64,000 nucleotides of DNA from Lingula anatina (lineage: Eukaryota; Animalia; Brachiopoda). Every line of letters starts with the position of its first letter. Within the stretch, counting starts at the first letter, position 1. The notes under the pieces are model-generated. The model saw only the letters and a list, made by a program, of their open reading frames with translations. It was not told where the DNA came from and did no database searches. Below are positions 49,750 through 62,460 of the stretch, piece by piece. The translations under genes were made by a program, and so were the position numbers. Location: the NCBI GenBank assembly GCA_051362555.1, contig CM120649.1, positions 10,168,001 to 10,232,000 on the forward strand, in the 5' to 3' direction.

Positions 49750-50305
49750 AAGCAGGCTCTCGTACACAATCATTGTGTTAATTCACTGTTAGGTGATCTT
49801 ATTCATTATTGTATCTTTGTCTGTGTATGATATCCTTGTTGTGCTCATGGACAGAATTATTTTGTTTTCCATTTTTTTCTTCAGTTAATGTCAAAGACAC
49901 AAAAATTGTGATAGAGGACGTGAAGGAGAGAGGTAAGACGGCAGGGTCTATTTAATAGGTATCTACTTATTACAGTGTTAAAATGTGACTGTGCATGCAC
50001 TTGCATGCACACACACACACACACACACACACTCCTTGTTGTGCAAACAGTATTTGTACTTTTAACAAGTATTAATTGAAATTCAAAATTTGATTATTCT
50101 AACAGCGGTAAATGTGTTTCAATATTGATTTATTTATGAAATAAGATGGTGCACAGACTGTATATTGAAGGTTATAATATATTATAGCATTTTATGGAGT
50201 AATGTTTTGTCATATATTTCAGCTCCCAAGGATCGCCGTCCTTCACGGTGGCGGAGATTATTTAATCTTTTTACATCCTGCTTTAGGCGCAGGTCAAGGA
50301 CATAA
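46145..50305 (+). CDS. CBM20 domain protein with micro-exon linker, copy 2; exons 46145-46193, 46750-46952, 48347-48473, 48657-48710, 49091-49141, (49312-49371), 49618-49671, 49885-49932, 50223-50305
   Basis: Frame open in all exons; same phases as copy 1; exon 6 has GAG acceptor and GC donor and may be skipped in frame. Confidence 0.78.
46281..46530. mobile_element. Harbinger-like MITE (paralog of 4597-4846)
   Basis: Same TIRs and position, so insertion predates the duplication. Confidence 0.75.
46966..48093. mobile_element. Foldback-type non-autonomous DNA transposon with long imperfect inverted arms
   Basis: Ends agggtagggtaaat / atttaccataccct; internal inverted pairs (aaaatgacaattttaaaatgg / ccattttgaaaattgtcatttt; gaggagtgata / tatcactcctc); TATATTAT on both sides (a 3-bp TTA reading is also possible); absent from copy 1 at ~7075. 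Confidence 0.85.
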
Positions 50306-51836
50306 ATGGTTATTATTATTATTATTATTATTATTAAATAAAAATTATCACTTCAAACATTCAGAAATTAGGAAAATTTGACATCATTTTCAAAAGAACA
50401 GATTTATTTTACTGTCACATGAAAGTTATTTTGTTTCCTTCTTTGGATGGCATCATAGCTAAGTTGAGGTTTTTAAGAGGCAACCTATGTCAAACAACTG
50501 GTAAAAATTGTATTTGAAGCCAGTTATTATATAATAGCAGCCAAGAGCTGGTGGTTGTTGGATTGCTGCCTTTTAATAACTAATAAATTTTACCTGAATT
50601 ATATTTTAATGTTTTTATCTTCTTATTTTTCAGGGAGGATAGTGCAGAACTACTAGAGTATTTTTACCTCTGTGGCAGTCAATTTAAAAACTACAATATA
50701 TCATTCTATTAGTTTTACAATAAAAATTTAATTTTCTGTTATCAAATGAGTTTTGTTTTTCCTTCTTTTCTAAATTAAAAAGTTTAATTTAGCATTAAAA
50801 TGTATAATGCACAATAAATAAAGTACTACATCAATTACTTTATTCCAATGCAATAAACAAAGTACTGCATCAATTACTTTATTCCAATGCACAATAAATG
50901 AAGTACTACATCAATTACTTTATTACAATGCACCAAAATTTCTGACTCCCTGATCCCAGTGCCAGCTAAATTATCTCAAAATGTTTAATCACATTTCTTA
51001 TTTTATTTCTTTTACATTGAAACATTTAACTATAGATACATACATGAACAGTGGTATATGCACTTACCCAAAAACAGCTCAATTACTGAGTATTATATTT
51101 TTGCTTCTACATTTCAGCATTTTCACATTTAAATGAAATAGATATGCCAATTCTTTGATTATGCAAGTTTCTTAATCCAAAATTGTAATATCAAGGAATG
51201 GAATGTCACAGAAGGTGCGCAGTACCAAGCAAATGTTTCCTTGTCTGGACACGGCTAGTTTTCCTGAGAAACAATTGTCAGTTTATATATGATCCTTAAA
51301 AATCACTGTCTTCAGTAATTATGGTGGTATTCATAAGGAGCTGCAAGCATGGCCTGTAGTTGTCTTGCTTTATTTAAAACGGGTCATAATGTCTTCAGAC
51401 ATTTGGGCAGCTTGAAATATTCCAATTACTTCGGATCCTTAGAGGTAAATGAGTTCTAACTGAAAAGTATAAAACAAATTAATAAAAACAATTTTAAAAT
51501 CCCAGCTGATTTTGGTCTTCTTAAAAAAGGGAAATGTTCACATCAGTAATATTTCTTAGGTTTCATGACACTTCGTTAAAGAAAAAATTCACAAACCTTT
51601 TCACTTTCTAAAACAATTATTCCAAGAGTACCAGCAGTCTTTTCCATACAAATTAGAGGGTAAAATGAAATTGTTTCGTTTCACAAGCACACACACACAC
51701 TCTCTCTTTCTCTTTTGCTCTTTCACTCTGAGTCTCTCTCTGTTTCTCTCTCTCTCTCTCTCTCTCTGGCTGTTTTTCTCTTTTTCTCTCTCTCCCTGGC
51801 TCTGTTTTTCTTTCTCTGTTTCTCACACACAAAATC

Positions 51837-53247
51837 CATGTGATAAGCTAATCAGTTGACTGTGTTTTTTTAAGTGCCAAGTTTATTGGAAATTGATAAT
51901 CAGAAGTGTGGGTTTGACCAAAACAAATATTGCAATATTGCAATGTATTATTTACTATCAAAGAAAAAAGCAAATGTGATGATTTGAATTTGTTTGTGAA
52001 GGAGGTTGCAAGTTACCTACAGATGTCATCTGGAAAACAATATATACCCATACAAGACTCCTCCTTATTATTAATGTCGGATGCAGATTACTCCTTACAA
52101 TGGGTTTCTGGAATGGGTTGTTGTTAGCACAATATTTGACAATGTCCTAAATCTTGCCACATGTCATGTATTGTACACATGGATAAGACATAGTTCTGCT
52201 CTTGCTGCTGTCTTTCACTGCCTGCTTTTTTCTGGTAAGGGTAATCTGGAAAGAAAGAACAATAAACTTCAGAAAACTGAAAATTACACTGAAAAAAAAA
52301 ACTGGCAAACACCATGACTTAAAATAGTTAAATGATAATAATTTTGTCAAATCTTGTCCAACATTTCTGATATTTTAACAAATGATGCTTAACATCAATA
52401 CAAATCTGTGATAATCTGATCAGTTGGCTGTGTGTCTAACGAAAAGTATTTTCTATGGACGATATATTTGAGAAAAATGAAAATTACACTGAAAACACTG
52501 GCAAATTCCATGACTTAAAATAGTTAAATGTTAATAATTTTGACAAATCTTGTCTTATACTTCTGAAATTTGCACAAATGATGCTTAACAACAATAAAAA
52601 TTTGTGATAAGCTGATCAGTTGACTGTGTCTAACGAAAAGTGTTCTTTGGGGCAATATATTTCGGAAAACAGAAAACTACCACAAAAACACTGGCAAATT
52701 CCATAGCTCAAAATAGTCAAACGTTAATAATTTTGTCAAATCTTGTCCAATTCTTCTGAAATTTGCACAAAAGATGCTTAACAACAATAAAAATCTGTGA
52801 TAAGCTAATCAGTTGACTGTGTTTTTTTAAGTGCCAAGTTTATTGGAAATTGATAATCAGAAGTGTGAGAATTGACCAAATCAAATATTGGAATATTGCA
52901 ATGTATTATTTACTATCAAAGAAAAAAGCAAATGTGATGATTTGAGTTTGTTTGTGAAGGAGGTTGCAAGTTACCTACAGATGTCATCTGGAAAACAATA
53001 TATACCCATACAAGACTCCTTATTATTAATGTCAGATGCAGATTACTCCTTACAATGGGTTTCTGGTATTGTTGTTAGCACAATATTTGACAATGTTCTA
53101 AATCTTGCCACATGTCATGTATTGTACACATGGATAATACATAGTTCTTCTCTTGATGCTGTATTTCACTGCCTGCTTTCTTATGGTAAAGGTACTCTGG
53201 AAAGAAAGAACAATAAACTTCAGAAAACTGAAAATTACACTGAAAAA
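51837..53247 (+). repeat. Satellite array
   Basis: Monomers and two spacers as in 33547-40783. Confidence 0.95.
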
Positions 53248-55136
53248 CAAGGCAGCAAAGCTGTCAAATGTACAGACAAAAAACAGGAAATAACTATGCA
53301 CAAAATAGGCTACTGTCAATTCTGATGCAGAAGTACATTATGTTAAACTGCAAATTCAACATCAAATTTTAATTATGCTCAACAGGTAATACCAATGTAA
53401 GTAAAATGTGTAACAAGCATCAGGCTTCAGGCCCATGGGAGTTCAAGTTCACACTTTGAAAATGTATAACTTCCAGAAAAAGAAGCCAATTAGACTGCTT
53501 TTCCAACTCAGGCTGCATTTTAGTCCTGTATTTCTTTTTTGAAAGTTTGGAAATTATAAGTAACATGGTTTTCCCATAATGGTCATCATGGCAGCAGCAC
53601 CCAAAATTGTGTTTTCTTCTATTCTGATGCAATATTACATAATGGTTAACAGCCTAATGACCGTCAATTTTCAATAATAAAATATACGTATCATGGATTT
53701 TCAGAAAATGTGACTAGCATGGGTCTTCAAGCCCGTGGAACTTCAAACTCACACCTTGAAAATGCCAATATGTGAAAAATTAAATTTTCACGAAAAAAAA
53801 CTGTTTAACTGGCAGTAAGAATTACCAAACAGCCAAAAAGTAAAACTGCCTTCCACTTATCCTGTTTATAATGAAAGTGCACAGCACCGACGCCGACGCC
53901 GGTGACAGCAACGACAGACGTAGGTGATGGCAATATGTACAGACACATCTGTACATATTTACTGTACTGTTTGAGAACAGTAAGTGACATGGTTTTTCTT
54001 AAATGGTCATCATGGGAGCAGTGCCCAAAATAGGTTTTTTTCAAATTTTGATGCAATATTACATAATGTTTAACAGCATAATGACCATCAATTTTTAATA
54101 ATAAAATATTAGTATCATGGATATTCACAAACTGTGACTAGCAAAGGTCTTCAGGCCCATGGAACTTCAAAGTCACAACTTGAAAATGCCAAAATGTAAA
54201 CAAGACAGCACTGTTCTGAAATGTTTTTTTTTTCCATTTTTAACAATTTTTAACATAAAACAAAATTAACAGTTTACTGCCATTTTTATATGATCAACTA
54301 AGAAAATTGATGAGATGGGAAAAATATCAATAGAGCAGTGTTATTTGTCCAATTTCTTCCATTCTGAAATTCTGAACATAGTGAATGATTGAATCTGACA
54401 AACTGCAATGATATGAGTTTATTTCCATTTTTGAAACTTTATTACACAATACACGATCACAAGTTTACCATCATTTTTACATAATCAACTAACAATGTTG
54501 TAAAGATGCAGGAAATGTCAAACAAACACTTTTACGTATCTTATTAATAAAATCATGAAACTGTTAACATGTCTAAGAATTGAATCTGAGGAAATGTGAA
54601 AAAACAGCATAACTTCTAAAATAATGGTCCGATTATACTGATTTTTTAACTCAACCTGCGTTTTAGCAGGATTGACCACTCCTGTGAGTTTAATGACAAT
54701 TGGCCTGTCTGTTTTTCTTATTTTGTGTTTACAGTGTTGCATATATGCTGAAAAGTGAAAAAAAAAGCATAACTACTTAAATAGTGGCCTGATCATGCCG
54801 ATTTTCGAACTTGACCTGCATTTTAGTAAGATCAATTACTCCTGTGAGTTTCATGACAACAGGCCTATCGGTTTTCCTTGAAATGTGTTTACAGTGTTGC
54901 ATATATGCTGAAAAGTGAAAAAAACAGCATAATTTCTACAATAATGGCCCGATCATGCTGATTTAAGAACTTGACCTGTGTTTCATGAATATTCATCAGC
55001 TCTGTAAATATAAAGCCAAAAAGTAAAACTGTCTTCCACTTATCGTGTTTACAAGGAAAGTGCATGGCGCCGGCGACGGCAACGACGGCGACGGCGACGA
55101 CAGACGCAGGTGATGGCAAGATGTGTCTGTACATAA
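53248..55136 (-). mobile_element. HINE family 1 copy with an internal extra 5'-end fragment
   Basis: Reverse complement of 4971-6771; inserted in A run of cactgaaaaaaaaactgggaaatt (empty version at ~39451); second 5' hairpin/microsatellite at ~53830-53960. Confidence 0.88.
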
Positions 55137-58100
55137 AAAACTGGGAAATTCCATGACTTAAAATAGTTAAATGTTAATAATTTTGACAAGTCTTGTCCAA
55201 TGTTTCTGAAATTTGCACAAATGATGCTTAACAACAATAAAAATCTGTGATAAGCTAATCAGTTGACTGTGTCTAACGAAAAGTATTTTCTTTGGACAAT
55301 ATTTAAGAGAAAACTAAAAATTACACTGAAAATAAGTTGGCAGATTCCATGACTTAAAATAGTAAAACGTTAATAATTTTGTCAAATCTCATTCAATGTT
55401 TCTAAAATCTGTACAAATGATGCTTAACAACAATAAAAGTCTGTGGTAAGCTGATCAGTTGTTAGTGTCAAATGAAAATTGTTCTTTGGGGCAATATATT
55501 TCGGAAAACGGAAACTACCATAAAAACACTGGCAAATTCCATGGCTCAAAATAGTTAAACGTTAATAATTTTGTAAAATCTTGTCAAATACTTCTGAAAT
55601 TTGCACAAATGATGCTTAATAACAATAAAAATCTGTGATAAGCTAATTAGTTGACTGTGTCTAACGAAAAGTATTTTCTTTGGACAATATATAAGAGAAA
55701 ACTCAAAATTACACTGAAAATAAGTTGGCAAATTTCATGGTTCAAAATAGTTAAATGTTAATAATTTTGACAAATCTCATCCAATGTTTCTAAAATCTGT
55801 ACAAATGATGCTTAACAACAATAAAAGTCTGTGATAAGCTGATCAGTTGTCAGTGTCAAATGAAAAGTGTTCTTTTGGGCAATATATTTTGGAAAACAGA
55901 AAACTACCTTAAAAACACTGGCAGATTCCATGACTTAAAATAGTTAAATGTTAATAATTTTGACAAATCTTGTCTTATACTTCTGAAATTTGCACAAATG
56001 ATGCTTAACAACAATAAAAATCTGTGATAAGCTGATCAGTTGACTGTGTCTAATGAAAAGTATTTTCTTTGGACGATATATTAGAGAAAACTCAAAATTA
56101 CACTGAATATAAGTTGGCGAATTTCATGACTTAAAATAGTTAAACGTTAATAATTTTGTCAAATCTCATCCAATGTTTCTAAAATCTGTACAGATGATGC
56201 TTAACAACAATAAAAGTCTGTGATAAGCTGATCAGTTGTCAATGTCAAATAAAAAGTGTTCTTTGGGGCAATAAATTTCGGAAAACAGAAAACTACCACA
56301 AAAACACTGGCAAATTCCATGGCTCAAAATAGTTAAACGTTAATAATTTTGTCAAATCTTGTCCAATTCTTCTGAAATTTGCACAAAAGATGCTTAACAA
56401 CAATAAAAATCTGTGATAAGCTGATCAATTGACTGTGTCTAATGAAAAGTATTTTCTTTGGACAATATATTAGAGAAAACTAAAAATTACACTGAAAATA
56501 TGTTGGCAAATTCCATGGCTCAAAATAGTTAAATGTTAATAATTTTGACAAATCTCATCCAATGTTTCTAAAATCTGTACAAATGATGCTTAACAACAAT
56601 AAAAGTGTGTTAAAAGCTGATCAGTTGTCAGTGTCAAATGAAAAGTGTTCTTTGGGGCAATATATTTTGGAAAACAGAAAACTACCACAAAAACACTGGC
56701 AAATTCCATGGCTCAAAATAGTTAAACGTTAATAATTTTGTCAAATCTTGTCCAATACTTCTGAAATTTGCACAAAAGATGCTAAACAACAATAAAAATC
56801 TGTGATAAGCTAATCAGTTGACTGTGTTTTTTTAAGTGCCAAGTTTATTGGAAATTGATAATCAGAAGTGTGAGAATTGACCAAAACAAATATTTCAATA
56901 TTGCAATGTATTATTTGCTATCAAAGAAAACAGCATATGTGATGATTTGAGTTTGTTTGTGTAGGAGGTTGCATGTTACCTATAGCTGTCATCTGGAAAA
57001 CAATATATATCCATACAAGACTCCTCCTTACTATTAATGTCAGATGCAGATTACTCCTCACCATGGGTTTCTGGAATGGGTTGTTGTTAGCACAATATTT
57101 GACAATGTCCTAAATCTTGCCACATGTCATGTATTGTACACATGGATAAGACATAGTTCTGCTCTTGCTGCTGTCTTTCACTGCCTGCTTTTTTCTGGTA
57201 AGGGTACTCTGGAAAGAAAGAACAATAAACTTCAGAAAACTGAAAATTACACTGAAAAAAAACTGGCAAACACCACGACTTAAAATAGTTAAATGATAAT
57301 AATTTTGTCAAATCTTGTCCAACATTTCTGATATTTTAACAAATGATGCTTAACATCAATACAAATCTGTGATAATCTGATCAGTTGACTGTGTGTCTAA
57401 CGAAAAGTATTTTCTATGGACGATATATTTGAGAAAAATGAAAATTACACTGAAAACACTGGCAAATTCCATGACTTAAAATAGTTAAATGTTAATAATT
57501 TTGACAAATCTTGTCTTATACTTCTAAAATTTGCACAAATGATGCTTAACAACAATAAAAGTCTGTGGAAAGCTGATCAGTTGTCAGTGTCAAATGAAAA
57601 GTATTCTTTGGGGCAATATATTTCGGAAAACAGAAAACTACCACAAAAACACTGGCAAATTCCATGGCTCAAAATAGTTAAATGTTAATAATTTTGTCAA
57701 ATATTGTCCAATACTTCTGAAATTTGCACAAAAGAAGCTTAACAACAATAAAAATCTGTGATAAGCTAATCAGTTGACTGTGTTTTTTTAAGTGCCAAGT
57801 TTATTGGAAATTGATAATCAGAAGTGTGAGAATTGACCAAAACAAATATTTCAATATTGCAATGTATTATTTGCTATCAAAGAAAACAGCAAATGTGATG
57901 ATTTGAGTTTGTTTGTGTAGGAGGTTGCATGTTACCTATAGCTGTCATCTGGAAAACAATATATATCCATACAAGACTCCTCCTTACTATTAATGTCAGA
58001 TGCAGATTACTCCTCACAATGAGTTTCTGGAATGGATTGTTGTTAGCACAATATTTGACAATATCCTAAATCTTGCCACATGTCATGTATTGTACACATG

Positions 58101-59852
58101 AATAAGACCTAGTTCTGCTCTTGCTGCTGTCTTTCACTGCCTGCTTTTTCATGGTAAGGGTACTCTGGAAAGAAAGAACAATAAACTTCAGAAAACTGAA
58201 AATTACACTGAAAAAACTGGCAAACCTCATGACTTAAAATAGTTAAACGTTAATAATTTTGCCAAATCTTGTCCAATATTTCTGATATTTTAACAAATGA
58301 TGCTTAAGATCAATAAAAATCTGTGATAATCTGATCAGTTGACTGTGTGTCTAATGAAAAGTATTTTCTACGGACGATATATTTGAGAAAAATGAAAATT
58401 AAACTGAAAACACTGGCAAATTCCATGACTTAAAATAGTTAAATGTTAATAATTTTGACAAATCTTGTCCAATAGTTCTGAAATTTGCACAAATAATGCT
58501 TAACAACAATCAAAGTCTGTGAAAAGCTGATCAGTTGTCAGTGTCCAACGAAAAGTATTCTTTGGGGTAATATATTTCGGAAAACAGAAAACTACCACAA
58601 AAACACTGGCAAATTCCATGGCTCAAAATAGTTAAATGTTAATAATTTTGACAAATCTTGTCCAATGTTTCTGAAATTTGCACAAATGATGCTTAACAAC
58701 AATAAAAATCTGTGATAAGCTGATTAGTTGACTGTGTCCAATGAAAAGTATTTTCTTCGGACAATATATTAGAGAAAACTCAAAATTACACTGAAAATAA
58801 GTTGGCAAATTTCATGACTTAAAATAGTTAAATGTTAATAATTTTGTCAAATATTGTCCAATACTTCTGAAATTTGCACAAAAGAAGCTTAACAACAATA
58901 AAAATCTGTGATAAGCTAATCAGTTGACTGTGTTTTTTTAAGTGCCAAGTTTATTGGAAATTGATAATCAGAAGTGTGAGAATTGACCAAAACAAATATT
59001 TCAATATTGCAATGTATTATTTGCTATCAAAGAAAACAGCAAATGTGATGATTTGAGTTTGTTTGTGTAGGAGGTTGCATGTTACCTATAGCTGTCATCT
59101 GGAAAACAATATATATCCATACAAGACTCCTCCTTACTATTAATGTCAGATGCAGATTACTCCTCACAATGAGTTTCTGGAATGGATTGTTGTTAGCACA
59201 ATATTTGACAATATCCTAAATCTTGCCACATGTCATGTATTGTACACATGAATAAGACCTAGTTCTGCTCTTGCTGCTGTCTTTCACTGCCTGCTTTTTC
59301 ATGGTAAGGGTACTCTGGAAAGAAAGAACAATAAACTTCAGAAAACTGAAAATTACACTGAAAAAACTGGCAAACCTCATGACTTAAAATAGTTAAACGT
59401 TAATAATTTTGCCAAATCTTGTCCAATATTTCTGATATTTTAACAAATGATGCTTAAGATCAATAAAAATCTGTGATAATCTGATCAGTTGACTGTGTGT
59501 CTAATGAAAAGTATTTTCTACGGACGATATATTTGAGAAAAATGAAAATTAAACTGAAAACACTGGCAAATTCCATGACTTAAAATAGTTAAATGTTAAT
59601 AATTTTGACAAATCTTGTCCAATAGTTCTGAAATTTGCACAAATAATGCTTAACAACAATCAAAGTCTGTGAAAAGCTGATCAGTTGTCAGTGTCCAACG
59701 AAAAGTATTCTTTGGGGTAATATATTTCGGAAAACAGAAAACTACCACAAAAACACTGGCAAATTCCATGGCTCAAAATAGTTAAATGTTAATAATTTTG
59801 ACAAATCTTGTCCAATGTTTCTGAAATTTGCACAAATGATGCTTAACAACAA
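55137..59852 (+). repeat. Satellite array with higher-order structure
   Basis: Run of monomer variants; ~1150-bp near-exact duplication (spacer start at 57781 and 58931). Confidence 0.95.
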
Positions 59853-62460
59853 CAAGGCAGCAAAGCTGTCAAATGTACAGACAAAAAGCAGGAAATAACT
59901 ATGCACAAAATAGGCTACTGTCAATTCTGATGCAAAAGTACATTATGTTAAACTGTAAATTCAACATCAATTTTTAATTATGCTCAACAGGAAATACCAA
60001 TGAAAGTAAAATGTGTAACAAGCATAAGGCTTCAGGCCCATGAGAGTTCAAGTTCACACTTTGAAAATGTATAACTTCCAGAAAAAGAAGCCAATTAGAC
60101 TGCTTTTCCAACTCAGGCTGCATGCCGATTTTCGAACTTGACCTCCGTTTTAGTAAGATCGATTACTCCTGAGAGTTTCACGACAACAGGCCTATCGGTT
60201 TTCCTTGAAATGTGTTTACAGTGTTGCATATATGTTGAAAAGTGAAAGAAAAAAGCATAACTTCTACAATAATGGCCCGATCATCCTGTTTTTTGAACTT
60301 GACCTGGGTTTTATGAATATTCATCAGCTCTTTAAATATAAAGCCCAAAAGTAAAACTGCCTTCCACTTATCGTGTTTACAATAAAAGTGCAAGGTACAT
60401 CTGTACATATTTACTGTACTGTTTGAGAACAGTAAGTGACATGGTTTTTCTTAAATGGTCATCATGGGAGCAGTGCCCAAAATAGGTTTTTTTCAAATTT
60501 TGACGCAATATTACATAATGTTTAACAGCATAATGACCATCAATTTTTAAGAATAAAATATTAGTATCATGGATATTCAGAAAATGTGACTAGCAAAGGT
60601 CTTCAGGCCCATGGAACTTCAAAGCCACAACTTGAAAATGCCAAAATGTAAACAAGACAGCACTGTTCTGAAATGGGTTTATTTCCATTTTTAACAATTT
60701 TTAACATAAAACAAAATGAACAGTTTACTGCCATTTTTATATGATCAACTAAGAAAATTGATGAGATTGGAAAAATATCAATATAACAGTGTTAAATGTC
60801 CAATTTCCTCCATTCTGAGATTCTGAACATAGTGGATGATTGAATCTGACAAACTGCAATGATATGAGTTTATTTCCATTTTTGACACTTTATTACACAA
60901 TACACGATAAAAAGTTTACCATCATTTTTACATAATCAACTAACAATGTTGTAAAGATGCAGGAAATGTCAAACAATCACTTTTACGTATCTTATTAGTT
61001 TAATAATGAGACTGTTAACATGCCTAAGAATTGAATCTGAGGAAATGTAAAAAAACAGCACACCTTCTAAAATAATGGCACGATTATGCTGATTTATGTA
61101 CTCAACCTGCATTTTAGTAAAATTGACCACTCCTGTGACTTTCATGACAATTGGCCTATCTGTTTTTCTTATATTGTGTTTACAGTGTTGCATATATGCT
61201 GAAAAAAGAAAAAAAAGCATAACTACTAAAATAGTGGCCCGATCATGCCAATTTTCGAACTTGACCTGCGTTTTAGTAAGATCAATTTTTCCTGTGAGTT
61301 TCATGACAACAGGCCTATCGGTTTTTGTTGGAATGTGTTTACAGTGTTGCATATATGCTGAAAAGTGAAAAAACAGCATAACTTCTACAATAATGGCCCG
61401 ATCATGCTGATTTTCGAACTTGACCTGCATTTTATGAATATTCATCATCTCTGTAAATATAAAGCCAAAAAGTAAAACTGCCTTCCACTTATCGTGTTTA
61501 CAAGGAAAGTGCACGGCAACGACGGCGACGACAGTCGCAGGTGATGGCAATATGTACAGACACATCTATATATATTTACTGTACTGTTTGAGAACATGGT
61601 TTTTCTTACATGGTCATCATGGGAGCAGTGCCCAAAATAGGTTTTTTTCAAATTTTGATGCAATATTACATAATGTTTAACAGCATGATGACCATCAATT
61701 TTTAAGAATAAAATATTAGTATCATGGATATTCAGAAAATGTGACTAGCAAAGGTCTTCAGGCCCATGGAACTTCAAAGTCACAACTTGAAAATGCCAAA
61801 ATGTAAACAAGACAGCACTGTTCTGAAATGTTTTTTTTTTTTCATTTTTAACAATTTTTAACATAAAACAAAATTAACAGTTTACTGCCATTTTTATATT
61901 ATCAACTAAGAAAATTGATGAGATGGGAAAAATATCAACAGAGCAGTGTTAAATGTCCAATTTCTTCCATTCTGAGATTCTGAACATAATGAATGATTGA
62001 ATCTGACAAACTGCAATGATATGAGTTTATTTCCATTTTTGAAACTTTATTACACAATACACGATAACAAGTTTACCATCATTTTTACAAAATCAACTAA
62101 CAATGTTTTAAAGATGCAGGAAATGTCAAACAAACACTTTTACGTATCTTATTAGTTTAATAATGAGACTGTTAACATGCCTAAGAATTGAATCTGAGGA
62201 AATGTGAAAAATATGCTGAAAAGTGAAAAAACAGCATAACTTCTACAATAATGGCCCGATCATGCTGATTTTCGAACTTGACCTGCGTTTTATGAATATT
62301 CATCAGCTCTGTAAATATAAAGCCAAAAAGTAAAACTGCCCTCCACTTATCGTGTTTACAAGGAAAGTGCACGGCGCCGGCATCGCCATCGCCATCGGCG
62401 ACGGCGACGACAGACGCAGGTGATGGCAATATGTACAGACACATCTGTGTCTGTACATAA
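59853..62460 (-). mobile_element. Composite/concatemeric HINE family 1 insertion (three 5' ends, one 3' end)
   Basis: 3' end caaggcagcaaagctgtcaaatgtacagac at 59853; 5' motifs at ~60400, ~61560 and 62430-62460; flanks rejoin to aacaacaa|taaaaatctg. Confidence 0.85.

Larger units (their letters stand above)
42944..51836 (+). repeat. Segmental duplication, copy 2, flanked by satellite on both sides
   Basis: Collinear with 1270-12846; junctions gaatagtta|tagtcctgtg and acacaaaatcc|atgtgataagctaatc. Confidence 0.95.

Noticed and set aside
53248-62460. Strand bias of HINE insertions in the satellite as targeted integration
   Set aside because: Explained by TT target preference and the A-rich plus strand of the satellite; only four events.
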